Position numbers and translations under genes: made by a program
Notes under the pieces: generated by a model
The model's input: the letters and a program-made list of their open reading frames with translations, nothing else
What the model was told of the DNA's origin: nothing
The model's database searches: none
Origin: Dyella mobilis
GTDB taxonomy: Bacteria; Pseudomonadota; Gammaproteobacteria; Xanthomonadales; Rhodanobacteraceae
DNA: 64,000 nucleotides
Reading direction: 5' to 3'
NCBI RefSeq assembly: GCF_016904945.1
Contig: NZ_JADIKF010000038.1
Coordinates: 228,241 to 292,240 of the forward strand
Part shown: positions 9,622 through 18,972 of the stretch, in pieces
Numbering within the stretch: the stretch's first letter is position 1
Layout of the letters: every line of letters starts with the position of its first letter

Positions 9622-10881
9622 TCACACCGACCGCGTAGCCTCGATGGGGGGAACGCTCGAGGCACTCAGCGCCGGCCCCAGTACGGCGGCCTGACCCAGG
9701 ATGAGCAGCAAAACGACTCCCGACACCACGTAAGGCATGGGAAGACGATGCATCTCGAACTGGGTGACCATCCACAGGTTGAAGCCGATCGCGAGCGCCG
9801 CGCCGAGCACGACGCCGCAGGTGCTGATCAACGCATTCTCGGTAAGGAAGTAATAAAGAATGCTGTGCCGGGTTGCGCCGAGCGCACGGCGCACGCCGAT
9901 CTGCTTGCGGCGCTGCCCCACCCAGAAACTGGAGAGCCCCACGATGCCCGCCGCCGTGACGGCAAGAAGCGTGATGCTGATGGCGACCATCAACTGCGCC
10001 AGGCCCACGTCGCTCTTGTAGGCCTCTTCGCGGATCTGCGCAAACGTGCGCACACCGGCCTTGTCGCCCTGGCCATCCGGAATGACCCGCTGCGGATCTT
10101 GCGCATAAAGCGCGGCCGGCACGCTTTTCATGGCGGCTTCCAGGCGGCCGGGCTTGGCACGGACCACGTAGTACCGCTGCGACTCGGTCATGCGATACGG
10201 AAGCAGCATGCTGTTCCAGGAAAGATTGTCGGAGTCGGTTTGGCTGGCCGCGCTCTCCAACCTGTCGACGATGCCGATGATGGTGCTGGGCTTGGTCGCG
10301 CCGCCGACCATGTAAACCTGTTTGCCCAAGGCATCGCCATTGGGAAACAACTCATCGGCCATGTGCTTGGTGATGATGACGACCGACGGTTCGAGCATGC
10401 CCAGCAAGGTGTGCTGGGCGATTTCGTCGGGCTGGAAATTGCGTCCGGCAATGAGCTTGATGCCCAGGGTCGATATGGCGTGATCGTCTGCATAGACCAT
10501 TGCGCCGGGTGCGCCGCGGCGATCGTCGCGCGATCGCTTCAGCCCGAGCGTCCAGTTGTCGTTGGACAGCGGAAGCATTTCCGATTCATACGCGTCGGCC
10601 ACGTCGGGCAGTTTGCGCAGCGTTTGCAGGTCGCCCTGGATGTCGGCGTCGATGCGCGCCTTGCCGCTGTCCGTATCGGCACTGAGGCCGGCGTGGGACG
10701 TGGATACGAACAGGATGTCCGCTTCGTCGATGCCGGTGACGCGATGGATGCGTTCGAGCCGCTGCGTCACCACGAACAACGCGTTGCAGACGATGGCAAG
10801 GGTGAGCGCGATCTGCAGAACGATCAGCACCGTGCCGGTCTTGTGCTTGCGCAACGCTGCGATGATGGGATGGATGGCCAC
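9622..10881 (-). CDS. ABC-type permease, FtsX/MacB family (periplasmic MacB_PCD + FtsX 4TM)
   Basis: N-terminal TM, large periplasmic domain and C-terminal FtsX-like TM bundle. Confidence 0.8.
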   Translation of the reverse strand: MAIHPIIAALRKHKTGTVLIVLQIALTLAIVCNALFVVTQRLERIHRVTGIDEADILFVSTSHAGLSADTDSGKARIDADIQGDLQTLRKLPDVADAYESEMLPLSNDNWTLGLKRSRDDRRGAPGAMVYADDHAISTLGIKLIAGRNFQPDEIAQHTLLGMLEPSVVIITKHMADELFPNGDALGKQVYMVGGATKPSTIIGIVDRLESAASQTDSDNLSWNSMLLPYRMTESQRYYVVRAKPGRLEAAMKSVPAALYAQDPQRVIPDGQGDKAGVRTFAQIREEAYKSDVGLAQLMVAISITLLAVTAAGIVGLSSFWVGQRRKQIGVRRALGATRHSILYYFLTENALISTCGVVLGAALAIGFNLWMVTQFEMHRLPMPYVVSGVVLLLILGQAAVLGPALSASSVPPIEATRSV

Positions 10882-10891
10882 GGTGCTTTCC

Positions 10892-12217
10892 TCAATCGAT
10901 CTTCAGCTGCATGGCCGGGCGTACCCCGCTAGCGCGCAAGATGGGATACAGGCCGGCGAGAATGGCCGACACGATGGCAAGCAACAATGTTTCCGCCAGC
11001 AAGGTCACATCGATCCGGGTCAACGCGGCCACGTCCTCCGGCAGTGCGTGGTGCATCCACGCGATGCCGCCCCAGGTAAGCAGCAAGCCGATGATGCCGC
11101 CGGTAATGCCGATGGTGGCCGCCTCTACGCCAAATTGCAGGGCGATGGCTCCACGCGTGGCCCCCATGGCGCGGCGCACGCCGATTTCGCCGGAGCGGCG
11201 CATGAACTTCGCCAGCAACAGGCCGATGGCGTTGACCATGCACACGAGCAGGAAACAGGAAGCCACCACCACCGACATCTTGGTCTCCGGCGGTACCACC
11301 TGTTCCAGATCCATCCAGGCGGGAAGGTTGCGCAGCTTATAGTTTGGCGGCCAGTCGAAACGGCCCGCCTTTTGCTGATCGCTGAGATAGCCTTGCAACA
11401 GGGTGCGGAACGACGCGACCTGGCTGGCGTCATCGAGCTCCACCAGGTACGCCACCCACACGCAATTGGAGTTGAGGATGCCGGCGAATCCCGATGCAGG
11501 CAGCGCTGCCCCGCAGCCAAAGCCGCCATTGGTCGGCATCTGCTGATCGACCGCCGCGGTAAACGGTATGAATACGTCGTCAGCCGGACCGAATGCGATG
11601 CTGTTGGCCAGATCGTAGAACTTCGGTTGCGGGTGCCAATGGTCGAGCACGCCGACGATCCGGTAGGTACGGTCATTCAGGCGAAGATCTTTGCCAACGC
11701 TGTTGCCGCCGCCGAAAAGCCGCTCGTTGAGATCGCTGTTGATGACGGCAAGCAAAGCGTGGTTCTGGTCGTCCTGCGCCGACCACGCGCTGCCGTAGCG
11801 GAACGGCGTGTCGGCGATCTTGAAGAAATCCCCGTAAACCGCATGGCCACCCACCGCGACGGATTTTTTCGTCGGATCATCGGGATAGACAGTCGGCGCG
11901 ATCGGATACAACGCCGTCTGCGGCACATCCGTGCGGTGGCGCATCAGGGCCATCGCATCGGTATAGGTCAACGTATCCGGCAGCTCGCCATTAGCCTGAT
12001 TGCCCGCGCGCGATTTAGGTCCCCAGACGTCCAACTGCGGAAAATACAGTTTGGACGATTTCCACGGAATCGGATCGCCGGACATGGCGCGGAACACCGC
12101 ATACGTGGTCATCGATGCGCCGACGCCAAACGCCACCGACATCACCATCAGGGCGGTCAAGATGGGCGCCTTGCGTAGGCTGCGAAAGCCGAGCGACAAG
12201 TAGTAGGCAAACAAGAC
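10892..12217 (-). CDS. ABC-type permease, FtsX/MacB family
   Basis: Paralogue of the adjacent permease. Probable TTG start (LFAYYLSLGFRSL…) with AAGGAG upstream; the ORF frame extends to 12322. Confidence 0.75.
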   Translation of the reverse strand, partial: VLFAYYLSLGFRSLRKAPILTALMVMSVAFGVGASMTTYAVFRAMSGDPIPWKSSKLYFPQLDVWGPKSRAGNQANGELPDTLTYTDAMALMRHRTDVPQTALYPIAPTVYPDDPTKKSVAVGGHAVYGDFFKIADTPFRYGSAWSAQDDQNHALLAVINSDLNERLFGGGNSVGKDLRLNDRTYRIVGVLDHWHPQPKFYDLANSIAFGPADDVFIPFTAAVDQQMPTNGGFGCGAALPASGFAGILNSNCVWVAYLVELDDASQVASFRTLLQGYLSDQQKAGRFDWPPNYKLRNLPAWMDLEQVVPPETKMSVVVASCFLLVCMVNAIGLLLAKFMRRSGEIGVRRAMGATRGAIALQFGVEAATIGITGGIIGLLLTWGGIAWMHHALPEDVAALTRIDVTLLAETLLLAIVSAILAGLYPILRASGVRPAMQLKID

Positions 12218-12465
12218 CGACTCTCCTTGGTTCGTTGGAGCTACCGCAGCGGACACTCTCCAGTGCTGGGCGATCGAAGCAAGCCACGTGCCACGCTGAG
12301 CCGATGAAAAACGGCGCGGCAATTCAGTGGCTTAGCTTGGCGCTATCGCAGCGATGAGTGTCCGCGGACACTTTGCTCGGACACGCGCGCGGACGACGGC
12401 GCCTGGAGTGCGGCGGCGATCCTATCGAACGCAGGCAATTGCTTCACGTGCCCCTTAAGCAGCAA

Positions 12466-13812
12466 TCACTCCATCACCAGGCTCAGCGTCGCCCGCAAAC
12501 CACCTTGCGCCCGATGGGAAAGCGCAAATGCCCCGCCGTGTGAGGCGGCAATGCGCGTCACGATGGCCAGGCCCAGTCCGGCGCCGCCGGTTTCGCGGCT
12601 GCGCGATCCTTCCAGGCGGGAAAACGGCTTGAGCACTTCCTGCAGTAACGCCTCGGGTATGCCTGGACCGTTGTCATCCACGTGGATATCGACGTAGCCG
12701 GGTCGATGCTCGATGGACAGCTTGGCATCGCCGGCGAAACGCAGCGCATTGTCGATCAGGTTGTCGATGGCTCGGCGCAACGCGGCGCTTTCGGCCAGCA
12801 CGAGAGTCTCGTCGCTGCCGGCATGGAACTCAACGTTTTGCGCGACCGAACGGCGGCCTTCCGCCACATCGGCCAGGAACGCCGTCAGGTCAATGCATTC
12901 GCGATGCAGAGGGCGATGATTGAAGCGGGCGTAATCGAGCAACTCGGCGGTCATGTCCGCCATGCGGTCGATGTCTTCGATCACGCGCTGGCGTTCCGTG
13001 GGAGGCATGAATTCGGCGCGGATGCGCAGACCCGTCAACGGCGTGCGCAAATCGTGCGCAATGGCCGCGAAGATCTTCAAGCGTTCGTCGGCCTCGTCAG
13101 CGAGGCGCGTGTGCATGGCATTTATGGCCGCGCCGACTTCTCTCACTTCCCTTGGGCCTTCCACCGGAAAGGGATGCGAGGTGTGCAGCGCGCTGCCTGC
13201 CGCGGCTGTCGCAAGTCGTTGAATGGGTCGGGTCAGGCGCCGGGCTGCATACCAGGTAGGGAAAGCGAGCAGCACGAGCGCCAGCCCCAGGGCGATCAGC
13301 ATCCTCAGTCGCCACGCGGCAAGCCGCAGGTCGACCGGCGACACCGATTGCCAGGCACCGTTGGCGCCTTGGTACCAGGCCATGAACGGCGGCATCTCGG
13401 TATCGGCGGCGAAGGTTTCGTTGCCGCTCCAGCGCATGCGCAGTCCTTCATCGTCGCTGTCCACCAGCAACGCGCGGTTGCCCACCAGCACGACACTCTG
13501 GCCGACTTGCCTGGCCATGCTTGCAACGCCCAGCCAACGTGCATGCACACGGCTGGGATTAACGCCAAGGGCTTCTGCGATAGCCGTTTCGACCTGCGGA
13601 ATGCCAGGGCCCGACGGCGGCGCCACGCCACTGTCCAGCGTGAAATTGCGGCCAGGCTTTCCCTGCAACGCGGCAACGGCATCCCCGATGGTCATGCGCA
13701 GCGGTTTCGGTGCAGGCGTGGCGATGACCACGGCAAAACACAATGCAAAGGCGAGCAGCAACGTGGCCAGCGCCAGCGCCGTCACTTGCGCCAGGATCGA
13801 TAGCGGCTTCAC
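12466..13812 (-). CDS. Sensor histidine kinase (periplasmic sensor, HAMP, HisKA, HATPase_c)
   Basis: H-box AHDLRTPLT and a G-box GGAGLGLAIV. GTG start overlaps the RR stop (GTGA). Confidence 0.85.
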   Translation of the reverse strand: MKPLSILAQVTALALATLLLAFALCFAVVIATPAPKPLRMTIGDAVAALQGKPGRNFTLDSGVAPPSGPGIPQVETAIAEALGVNPSRVHARWLGVASMARQVGQSVVLVGNRALLVDSDDEGLRMRWSGNETFAADTEMPPFMAWYQGANGAWQSVSPVDLRLAAWRLRMLIALGLALVLLAFPTWYAARRLTRPIQRLATAAAGSALHTSHPFPVEGPREVREVGAAINAMHTRLADEADERLKIFAAIAHDLRTPLTGLRIRAEFMPPTERQRVIEDIDRMADMTAELLDYARFNHRPLHRECIDLTAFLADVAEGRRSVAQNVEFHAGSDETLVLAESAALRRAIDNLIDNALRFAGDAKLSIEHRPGYVDIHVDDNGPGIPEALLQEVLKPFSRLEGSRSRETGGAGLGLAIVTRIAASHGGAFALSHRAQGGLRATLSLVME

Positions 13813-14510
13813 CGGCGAACCACCGCAGCACGCCACCGGTAACCGAAGCCGCGCACGGTTTCGATCAGGGATTCGCCGCCGTGGCTGGCCAGCCTGCGGC
13901 GCAAGCGGCTCACGGCAAGATCGACGGCGCGGTCGAACGGCCCATCGATGATTTCATGGGTGAGATCGACCAACGCATCCCTGGAAAGCACGCGCATCGG
14001 GTGAGTGACGAAGGCCAGCAGCATTTTCAATTCACCCGCGGTGAGGCGCACGACGTGACCGTTGGGTGCGGTGAGCTGCAACAGCTCTTCTTCGAGCAGC
14101 CAGCCGTCGAAGCGATAGCAGGCGCGGCTTGTTTCCGGGCGCGCATCCCGGCGCAGCACCGAGCGGATCCGCGCGAGCAGCTCGCGCGGATCGAACGGTT
14201 TGCTCAGGTAATCGGCCGCACCGATTTCCAATCCGACGATGCGATCAGCCGTATCGCCCAGCGCGCTCAGCATCAGCACGGGCGGCCCGCTCGCCAACAG
14301 CCGCTGGCAGATGGACAGGCCGTTTTCACCGGGAAGCATGATGTCCAGCACCACCAGGTCGGGCATTTCGTTGGCGAGCAGGCTGTCGAGCTCGCGACCG
14401 TCTTTGGCGGGCACGGCGTGATAACCGTGCATCGCCAGGTAGCCGACGATGGCGTCACGCACGCTGCCGTCGTCTTCCACGACGATGATTTTTTTCGCTT
14501 GGCTGCTCAC
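13809..14510 (-). CDS. OmpR-family response regulator
   Basis: REC domain (IIVVEDDGSVRD…DLVVLDIMLPG) and a winged-helix C-terminus (…RGFGYRW). Confidence 0.9.
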   Translation of the reverse strand: MSSQAKKIIVVEDDGSVRDAIVGYLAMHGYHAVPAKDGRELDSLLANEMPDLVVLDIMLPGENGLSICQRLLASGPPVLMLSALGDTADRIVGLEIGAADYLSKPFDPRELLARIRSVLRRDARPETSRACYRFDGWLLEEELLQLTAPNGHVVRLTAGELKMLLAFVTHPMRVLSRDALVDLTHEIIDGPFDRAVDLAVSRLRRRLASHGGESLIETVRGFGYRWRAAVVRR

Positions 14511-14635
14511 CTGGGCGGTATATATCAGAAATGTATCGCCATCGTGTCCGTGCAGCCGTCGGCCGATACAGAGCAGGCATGAAGCAGGTACCGGGGCCGC
14601 CTACAACGGACGTACCGCACTGCCTGGAAGATCCC

Positions 14636-15952
14636 ATGTTCGTCACCACTCGATTGGCTCGCAAGCTCGTCACGGGAGCCTCGCTCGCCGTCATCCCGTT
14701 CTGGCTGCTGGCTCCCAGCCTGGCTCGCGCAGCGGCCGTCTCGCCTGCAACGGCGATCGCCGAATTCAATACGCTCTGCGCGCGAGACCAAGGCCATCTT
14801 TGGGGGCAAAACCTTTGCGGGCCGCTGCTGCTGGTCGACGCTGCAAGCCGGCGGATCGTCGCCAATCAGAACACACGCGACGGCAGCCTGAAGCGCGACG
14901 CAGACATCTACACCGGCGTCTTGCCGCCGGACGTGGGTATCGCCAATACCTCGACCGAGTGGCAAGGAACGCGCTGGATCATGGTGATGCTGCCGCTGCC
15001 GACAGATCAGACCCGGCGCGACGAACTGCTCATGCACGAGTCGTTTCATCGCATCCAGCCCAGCCGGCTGCCGCCTCCCCCCGCACCGCTGCCGGAGCAT
15101 CTGGCGACGCTGGAAGGGCGGGTATCCATGCGACTGGAATGGCGCGCGCTGGCCAAGGCGCTGAGCGAACACGGCCAGGCGCGCAAAACGGCGGTGCGCG
15201 ATGCGCTGGCTTTTCGCCAATGGCGCAGATCGCGCTTTCCCGACGCGGCGGCAAGCGAGAATGCGCTGGAAATCAACGAGGGGCTGGCCGAATACACCGG
15301 CAAGCGCCTGGGCAATCCCGCCGATTCGATCGCTTCCGCGTTGAAGGCGCTGGCCGACTACGATCACCGCGATGCGTACGTGCGCAGTTTCGCTTATGCA
15401 TCGGGCCCCGCATACGGCTTGTTGCTGGATATCTATTCGCCGGGATGGCGCACGCGCTTGCGCCCCGACAGCGACCTGGGAGCGATGCTGCACGAAGCGA
15501 TCGGCAATGCGCCGCTGCCTTCGGCGAGTTCCGTGCGCGGCCCATACGGCTACGCCGGTATCGCAGAGGAAGAAACGCAGGCCAAGCACGTACGCGATCA
15601 GGCGGCCGCCAAATGGAAGTCCAAACTGGTGGACGGCGATACGTTGAAACTGCCGTTGCTGCACGTGCAGATGGAATTCAATCCGCAGAATCTTTTTCCG
15701 CTGCCACCGTTCGGCATCGTCTATCCCACCGCGGTGCTGCACGACGATTGGGGAACACTCACGGTCGATGGCGGCCTGCTCGTGTCGACCGATGGAAAGA
15801 CCGCCACGGTCGACGGCGCCTTCCGCGTGAACGATGGCACGTACACGGGGCCGGGATGGACGTTGAGGATCGCTCCAGGCTGGGCGATCTCGGCAGGATC
15901 GCTCAGGCACGCCGCGCCCGGATCGGCGGCATCGGCGCAAAAATCCCGCTGA
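14636..15952 (+). CDS. Secreted putative zinc metallopeptidase (HExxH), family unassigned
   Basis: Signal peptide MFVTTRLARKLVTGASLAVIPFWLLAPSLARA and an HESFH motif. Divergent from the RR gene. Confidence 0.55.
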   Translation: MFVTTRLARKLVTGASLAVIPFWLLAPSLARAAAVSPATAIAEFNTLCARDQGHLWGQNLCGPLLLVDAASRRIVANQNTRDGSLKRDADIYTGVLPPDVGIANTSTEWQGTRWIMVMLPLPTDQTRRDELLMHESFHRIQPSRLPPPPAPLPEHLATLEGRVSMRLEWRALAKALSEHGQARKTAVRDALAFRQWRRSRFPDAAASENALEINEGLAEYTGKRLGNPADSIASALKALADYDHRDAYVRSFAYASGPAYGLLLDIYSPGWRTRLRPDSDLGAMLHEAIGNAPLPSASSVRGPYGYAGIAEEETQAKHVRDQAAAKWKSKLVDGDTLKLPLLHVQMEFNPQNLFPLPPFGIVYPTAVLHDDWGTLTVDGGLLVSTDGKTATVDGAFRVNDGTYTGPGWTLRIAPGWAISAGSLRHAAPGSAASAQKSR

Positions 15953-15974
15953 TCCACAACGCCATGGACGGCCG

Positions 15975-16625
15975 TCAGCGCAGCTCTTGCGCGACCGGGT
16001 CCGGCCCGAGATTGAGCGATCCGGCCATCTGCTTGATCACCGGCGCCCAGGTCGCCTGCTCGCTCGTGTCGTATTCGAAGCGCACGCTGGCGAGGGTATC
16101 GTCGCGAATGATCACCTTCTGGTAGACGACGCGGCCTTGCGGGTTGAGGCAGGAATACGCGACCAGGTCCGGCTTGCTGACCCGATAGGACACCTTGTCC
16201 TTGGCACAGTCGTGGTCGAGATCGAATTTCAGCAGCGCTGCGGGGGAATCTTCGTTGGCGTTGTATTCGCCCCAGGCGCGAATATCGGCATCGCCCGACT
16301 TCGGCGCAAAGCGCAAGCCATCGTCGTTATCCGCCGGCTTGCCCGGCACCAGCAGTTGCGTCGGGTAGTTGACGGTGAAATTGAAGCGGTCATTGGCATA
16401 GGTATCTGTCGTGCTGCCGGACGTTGCCGCCGGGGCTTTCACGACAGGCTTGGCCGCTTGCTGCGGCGGGTTCGCGGTGGCGATGGTCGCTGCCGGGCGG
16501 TTCGCGCCGGATTGGCTTTTCCAGGCATAGATGCCTGCACCCAGTACCGCCACCAGCAACAACAGGCCGATGGCCCACGTTTTCTTCCCCGACATGCGCT
16601 TGCTCCATTCACGGGTGGCCATCAA
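15975..16625 (-). CDS. Membrane-anchored hypothetical protein
   Basis: N-terminal TM (WAIGLLLLVAVLGAGIYAW) followed by a Pro/Ala-rich linker. Divergent from the ECF sigma gene. Confidence 0.55.
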   Translation of the reverse strand: MMATREWSKRMSGKKTWAIGLLLLVAVLGAGIYAWKSQSGANRPAATIATANPPQQAAKPVVKAPAATSGSTTDTYANDRFNFTVNYPTQLLVPGKPADNDDGLRFAPKSGDADIRAWGEYNANEDSPAALLKFDLDHDCAKDKVSYRVSKPDLVAYSCLNPQGRVVYQKVIIRDDTLASVRFEYDTSEQATWAPVIKQMAGSLNLGPDPVAQELR

Positions 16626-16792
16626 ACCGGCAGCGCGCTCATTCTCTCGCTCATTCGCAAGCTAAAAAAGGGGCGTGCGATGTAAAGCATGCTTGACACC
16701 GCTCCCGCCCCATCCTCCAATCTTCCGCCGTACTGTGATTTTTTCTTCCGCCACGCGAATCATGGGATGAACCGGAAAGCAAACGAGCGAGC

Positions 16793-17317
16793 ATGAGTCC
16801 GCGAACCGATCCACGACAGTTCCAAACCCTGCTCCGCGAGCACGAGGGCATCGTGTTCAAGGTGGCCGGCCTCTACGCCCATCACAACGAAGACCGGCAG
16901 GATCTGGCGCAGGAAATCGGGCTGCAGGCCTGGCGCTCGTTCGCGCGCTTTGATCCGTCCAAGGCGAAGTTCTCCACCTGGCTGTACCGGGTGGCGCTGA
17001 ACGTGGCGATCTCGCAATTGCGCAAAACCAGCGGCAGCTGGAACGGAAAGTTGGAACCGCTCGACCAGCAGCACCGGGACAGCATCGGCGCCGAACCGAT
17101 GCCCGAGCCGGACGAGCGGCTGACCGCGCTGTACGCCTTTATCGGTCAGTTCGATCCGCTCAACCGCGCACTGATTCTGCTGTACCTGGAAGACAAGTCG
17201 TATGCCGAGATCGCACAGATCCTCGGCATCACCGAAACCAACGTGGCCACCAAGATCGGCCGCATCAAGCAAACGCTGCGCGGACAAATGACCGGCGCGG
17301 CCTCGACGGGAGCATGA
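16793..17317 (+). CDS. ECF (sigma-70 family) RNA polymerase sigma factor
   Basis: Region 2 (…STWLYRVALNVAISQLRK) and region 4 (…SYAEIAQILGITETNVATKIGR). Confidence 0.85.
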   Translation: MSPRTDPRQFQTLLREHEGIVFKVAGLYAHHNEDRQDLAQEIGLQAWRSFARFDPSKAKFSTWLYRVALNVAISQLRKTSGSWNGKLEPLDQQHRDSIGAEPMPEPDERLTALYAFIGQFDPLNRALILLYLEDKSYAEIAQILGITETNVATKIGRIKQTLRGQMTGAASTGA

Positions 17318-17982
17318 CCGTGGAACTCGACGAAATGAAGCAAGCCTGGCAAGCGCTCAACCATCGCCTGGACCGCCAGCACGTGCTCGACCGGCAGCTA
17401 TTTCGCAACAGCCTGGCCGATCGCCTGCGTCGCGGGCTGCGAACGCTGGTGTGGGGTCAGTTGGCGCTGATGGCGCTGGGTGTGGTCATTGCCCTGTGGG
17501 GCATCGGCTTCTGGTCCTCCCACATCGGCATCTGGCAGGCGATGGCTTGCGGGATCGCCATGCAGGCATTCGGCACCTTGTCGATCATTTTCCCGGCGCG
17601 CGTATTGGCGCTGGTGCACACCGTCGATTACGCCGCCCCGGTGCTGGAGATACAACGGCGCCTGGCCCAGCTTCGCGCGTGGCGGGTAAACGTGGAGGCA
17701 CGCGTATTTGGCGTATTGGGCAGCATCATCTGGATTCCAGTCATGCTCATGCTGGCGCAGTACGCCATGGATCGCGCCGGCGTCAACGCGTGGGACCAGG
17801 CCTCCGGTTCGCTGCCGTGGCTCGTGTTGCTGGGTGCGGGCTCACTGCTCGTGGTCGGCCTGGCGTATGCATTGATCTGCAAGCTCGGCCAGCGTCAACG
17901 CCTGGAAGACAGCTTTGCCGGAAGCTCGATCAAACACGCCGAGGCAATGCTGCAAGACATCGCGCAATTCGAGCGGGAATGA
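17314..17982 (+). CDS. Membrane protein co-transcribed with ECF sigma (putative anti-sigma/regulatory partner)
   Basis: ATGA overlap with the sigma gene; multiple TM segments. Confidence 0.5.
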   Translation: MTVELDEMKQAWQALNHRLDRQHVLDRQLFRNSLADRLRRGLRTLVWGQLALMALGVVIALWGIGFWSSHIGIWQAMACGIAMQAFGTLSIIFPARVLALVHTVDYAAPVLEIQRRLAQLRAWRVNVEARVFGVLGSIIWIPVMLMLAQYAMDRAGVNAWDQASGSLPWLVLLGAGSLLVVGLAYALICKLGQRQRLEDSFAGSSIKHAEAMLQDIAQFERE

Positions 17983-17995
17983 AGGGAAAAGGAAC

Positions 17996-18520
17996 CTAGC
18001 CCGATGCCTGCTCTCTCGGCCATCGCCACGCATACCCGACGATCGCCAGCGACAACGCCATCTCGATGACGCCGAACATCACGTAGAACCACCACGCGCC
18101 CGGCATGGAAACCAGCATGATCACGGTATAGATCAAGCCGAAGACGATGTTCGCCACGCGGTTGATCGACGGCTTCATCACCAGCGACAGAAAAATCATC
18201 AGGCTGGGAATGGCCATCATCACCGACAAGCCCAGCAGCACGGGCTGCGTCGTGGCACCAAGCGGACCCATTTGGCCCTTGAGCATGCCTTCGAGATTGC
18301 CGGGCTGCCAAAGCCCGAAGTAGTCGCCGTAGATGTAGCAGAACATCAGGCTGGTCCACAGCGCGGCGAGCTTCAGCTTGATGGGTACCTGGATATCTTG
18401 CAGCGCAGTCGGTTGTGTCGGGCTTGGTCTCACGTGGCGACTCCGGAAAAGATTAGCGATAGCGAAAAGGGGCTTCCCTAAGCGCCTCATTGGCCAGGGG
18501 TGCCATTCCATTTGCCGCAT
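17996..18520 (-). CDS. DUF6326-like small membrane protein
   Basis: Conserved …KLKLAALWTSLMFCYIYGDYF… region; the start codon is uncertain and may lie downstream. Confidence 0.5.
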   Translation of the reverse strand: MRQMEWHPWPMRRLGKPLFAIANLFRSRHVRPSPTQPTALQDIQVPIKLKLAALWTSLMFCYIYGDYFGLWQPGNLEGMLKGQMGPLGATTQPVLLGLSVMMAIPSLMIFLSLVMKPSINRVANIVFGLIYTVIMLVSMPGAWWFYVMFGVIEMALSLAIVGYAWRWPREQASG

Positions 18521-18594
18521 GGTTGTTACGCAAAGTCATCAGGGCAGGCAGCCTTCCTTACCACTGATCAAGAAAACGCGACCCAACAACAACC

Positions 18595-18822
18595 TTACTG
18601 ACCAACTAGCTCGTTATACGCCGGGAGGTTAATGACCGTCGAAGCCAACTCGCCGTAGGCCCGCTCAAGATCATCCGCGGCTTGTTGCCAGTCATCCAGG
18701 ATTTGAAAGGCCATGGGGTCGGACTCGTCAGCAAAATCGATGTGCATAGCGCGAATTTGCGCATCAACGGCCTGGATGGCGACTATTAGCGTTTGATGCT
18801 TGATTTGAACCATTACGTCCAC
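18595..18822 (-). CDS. Hypothetical small protein (75 aa) in low-GC islet
   Basis: ORF in a ~50% GC stretch (18520-19050) with no recognisable motif. Confidence 0.3.
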   Translation of the reverse strand: MDVMVQIKHQTLIVAIQAVDAQIRAMHIDFADESDPMAFQILDDWQQAADDLERAYGELASTVINLPAYNELVGQ

Positions 18823-18972
18823 CTGAGATGCCGGTTATTAACCCATCGGACTTTTTCTTTAGCCTGATGGCATTACAACTCAACTGCTGCTCTCGCCACA
18901 TTGTCGTGCGCTCCATTGAAGGTTTCCAAAGCAAGGCTGGGTTGAGCTACGCCCCGTTTTGCCATCTTCAGT

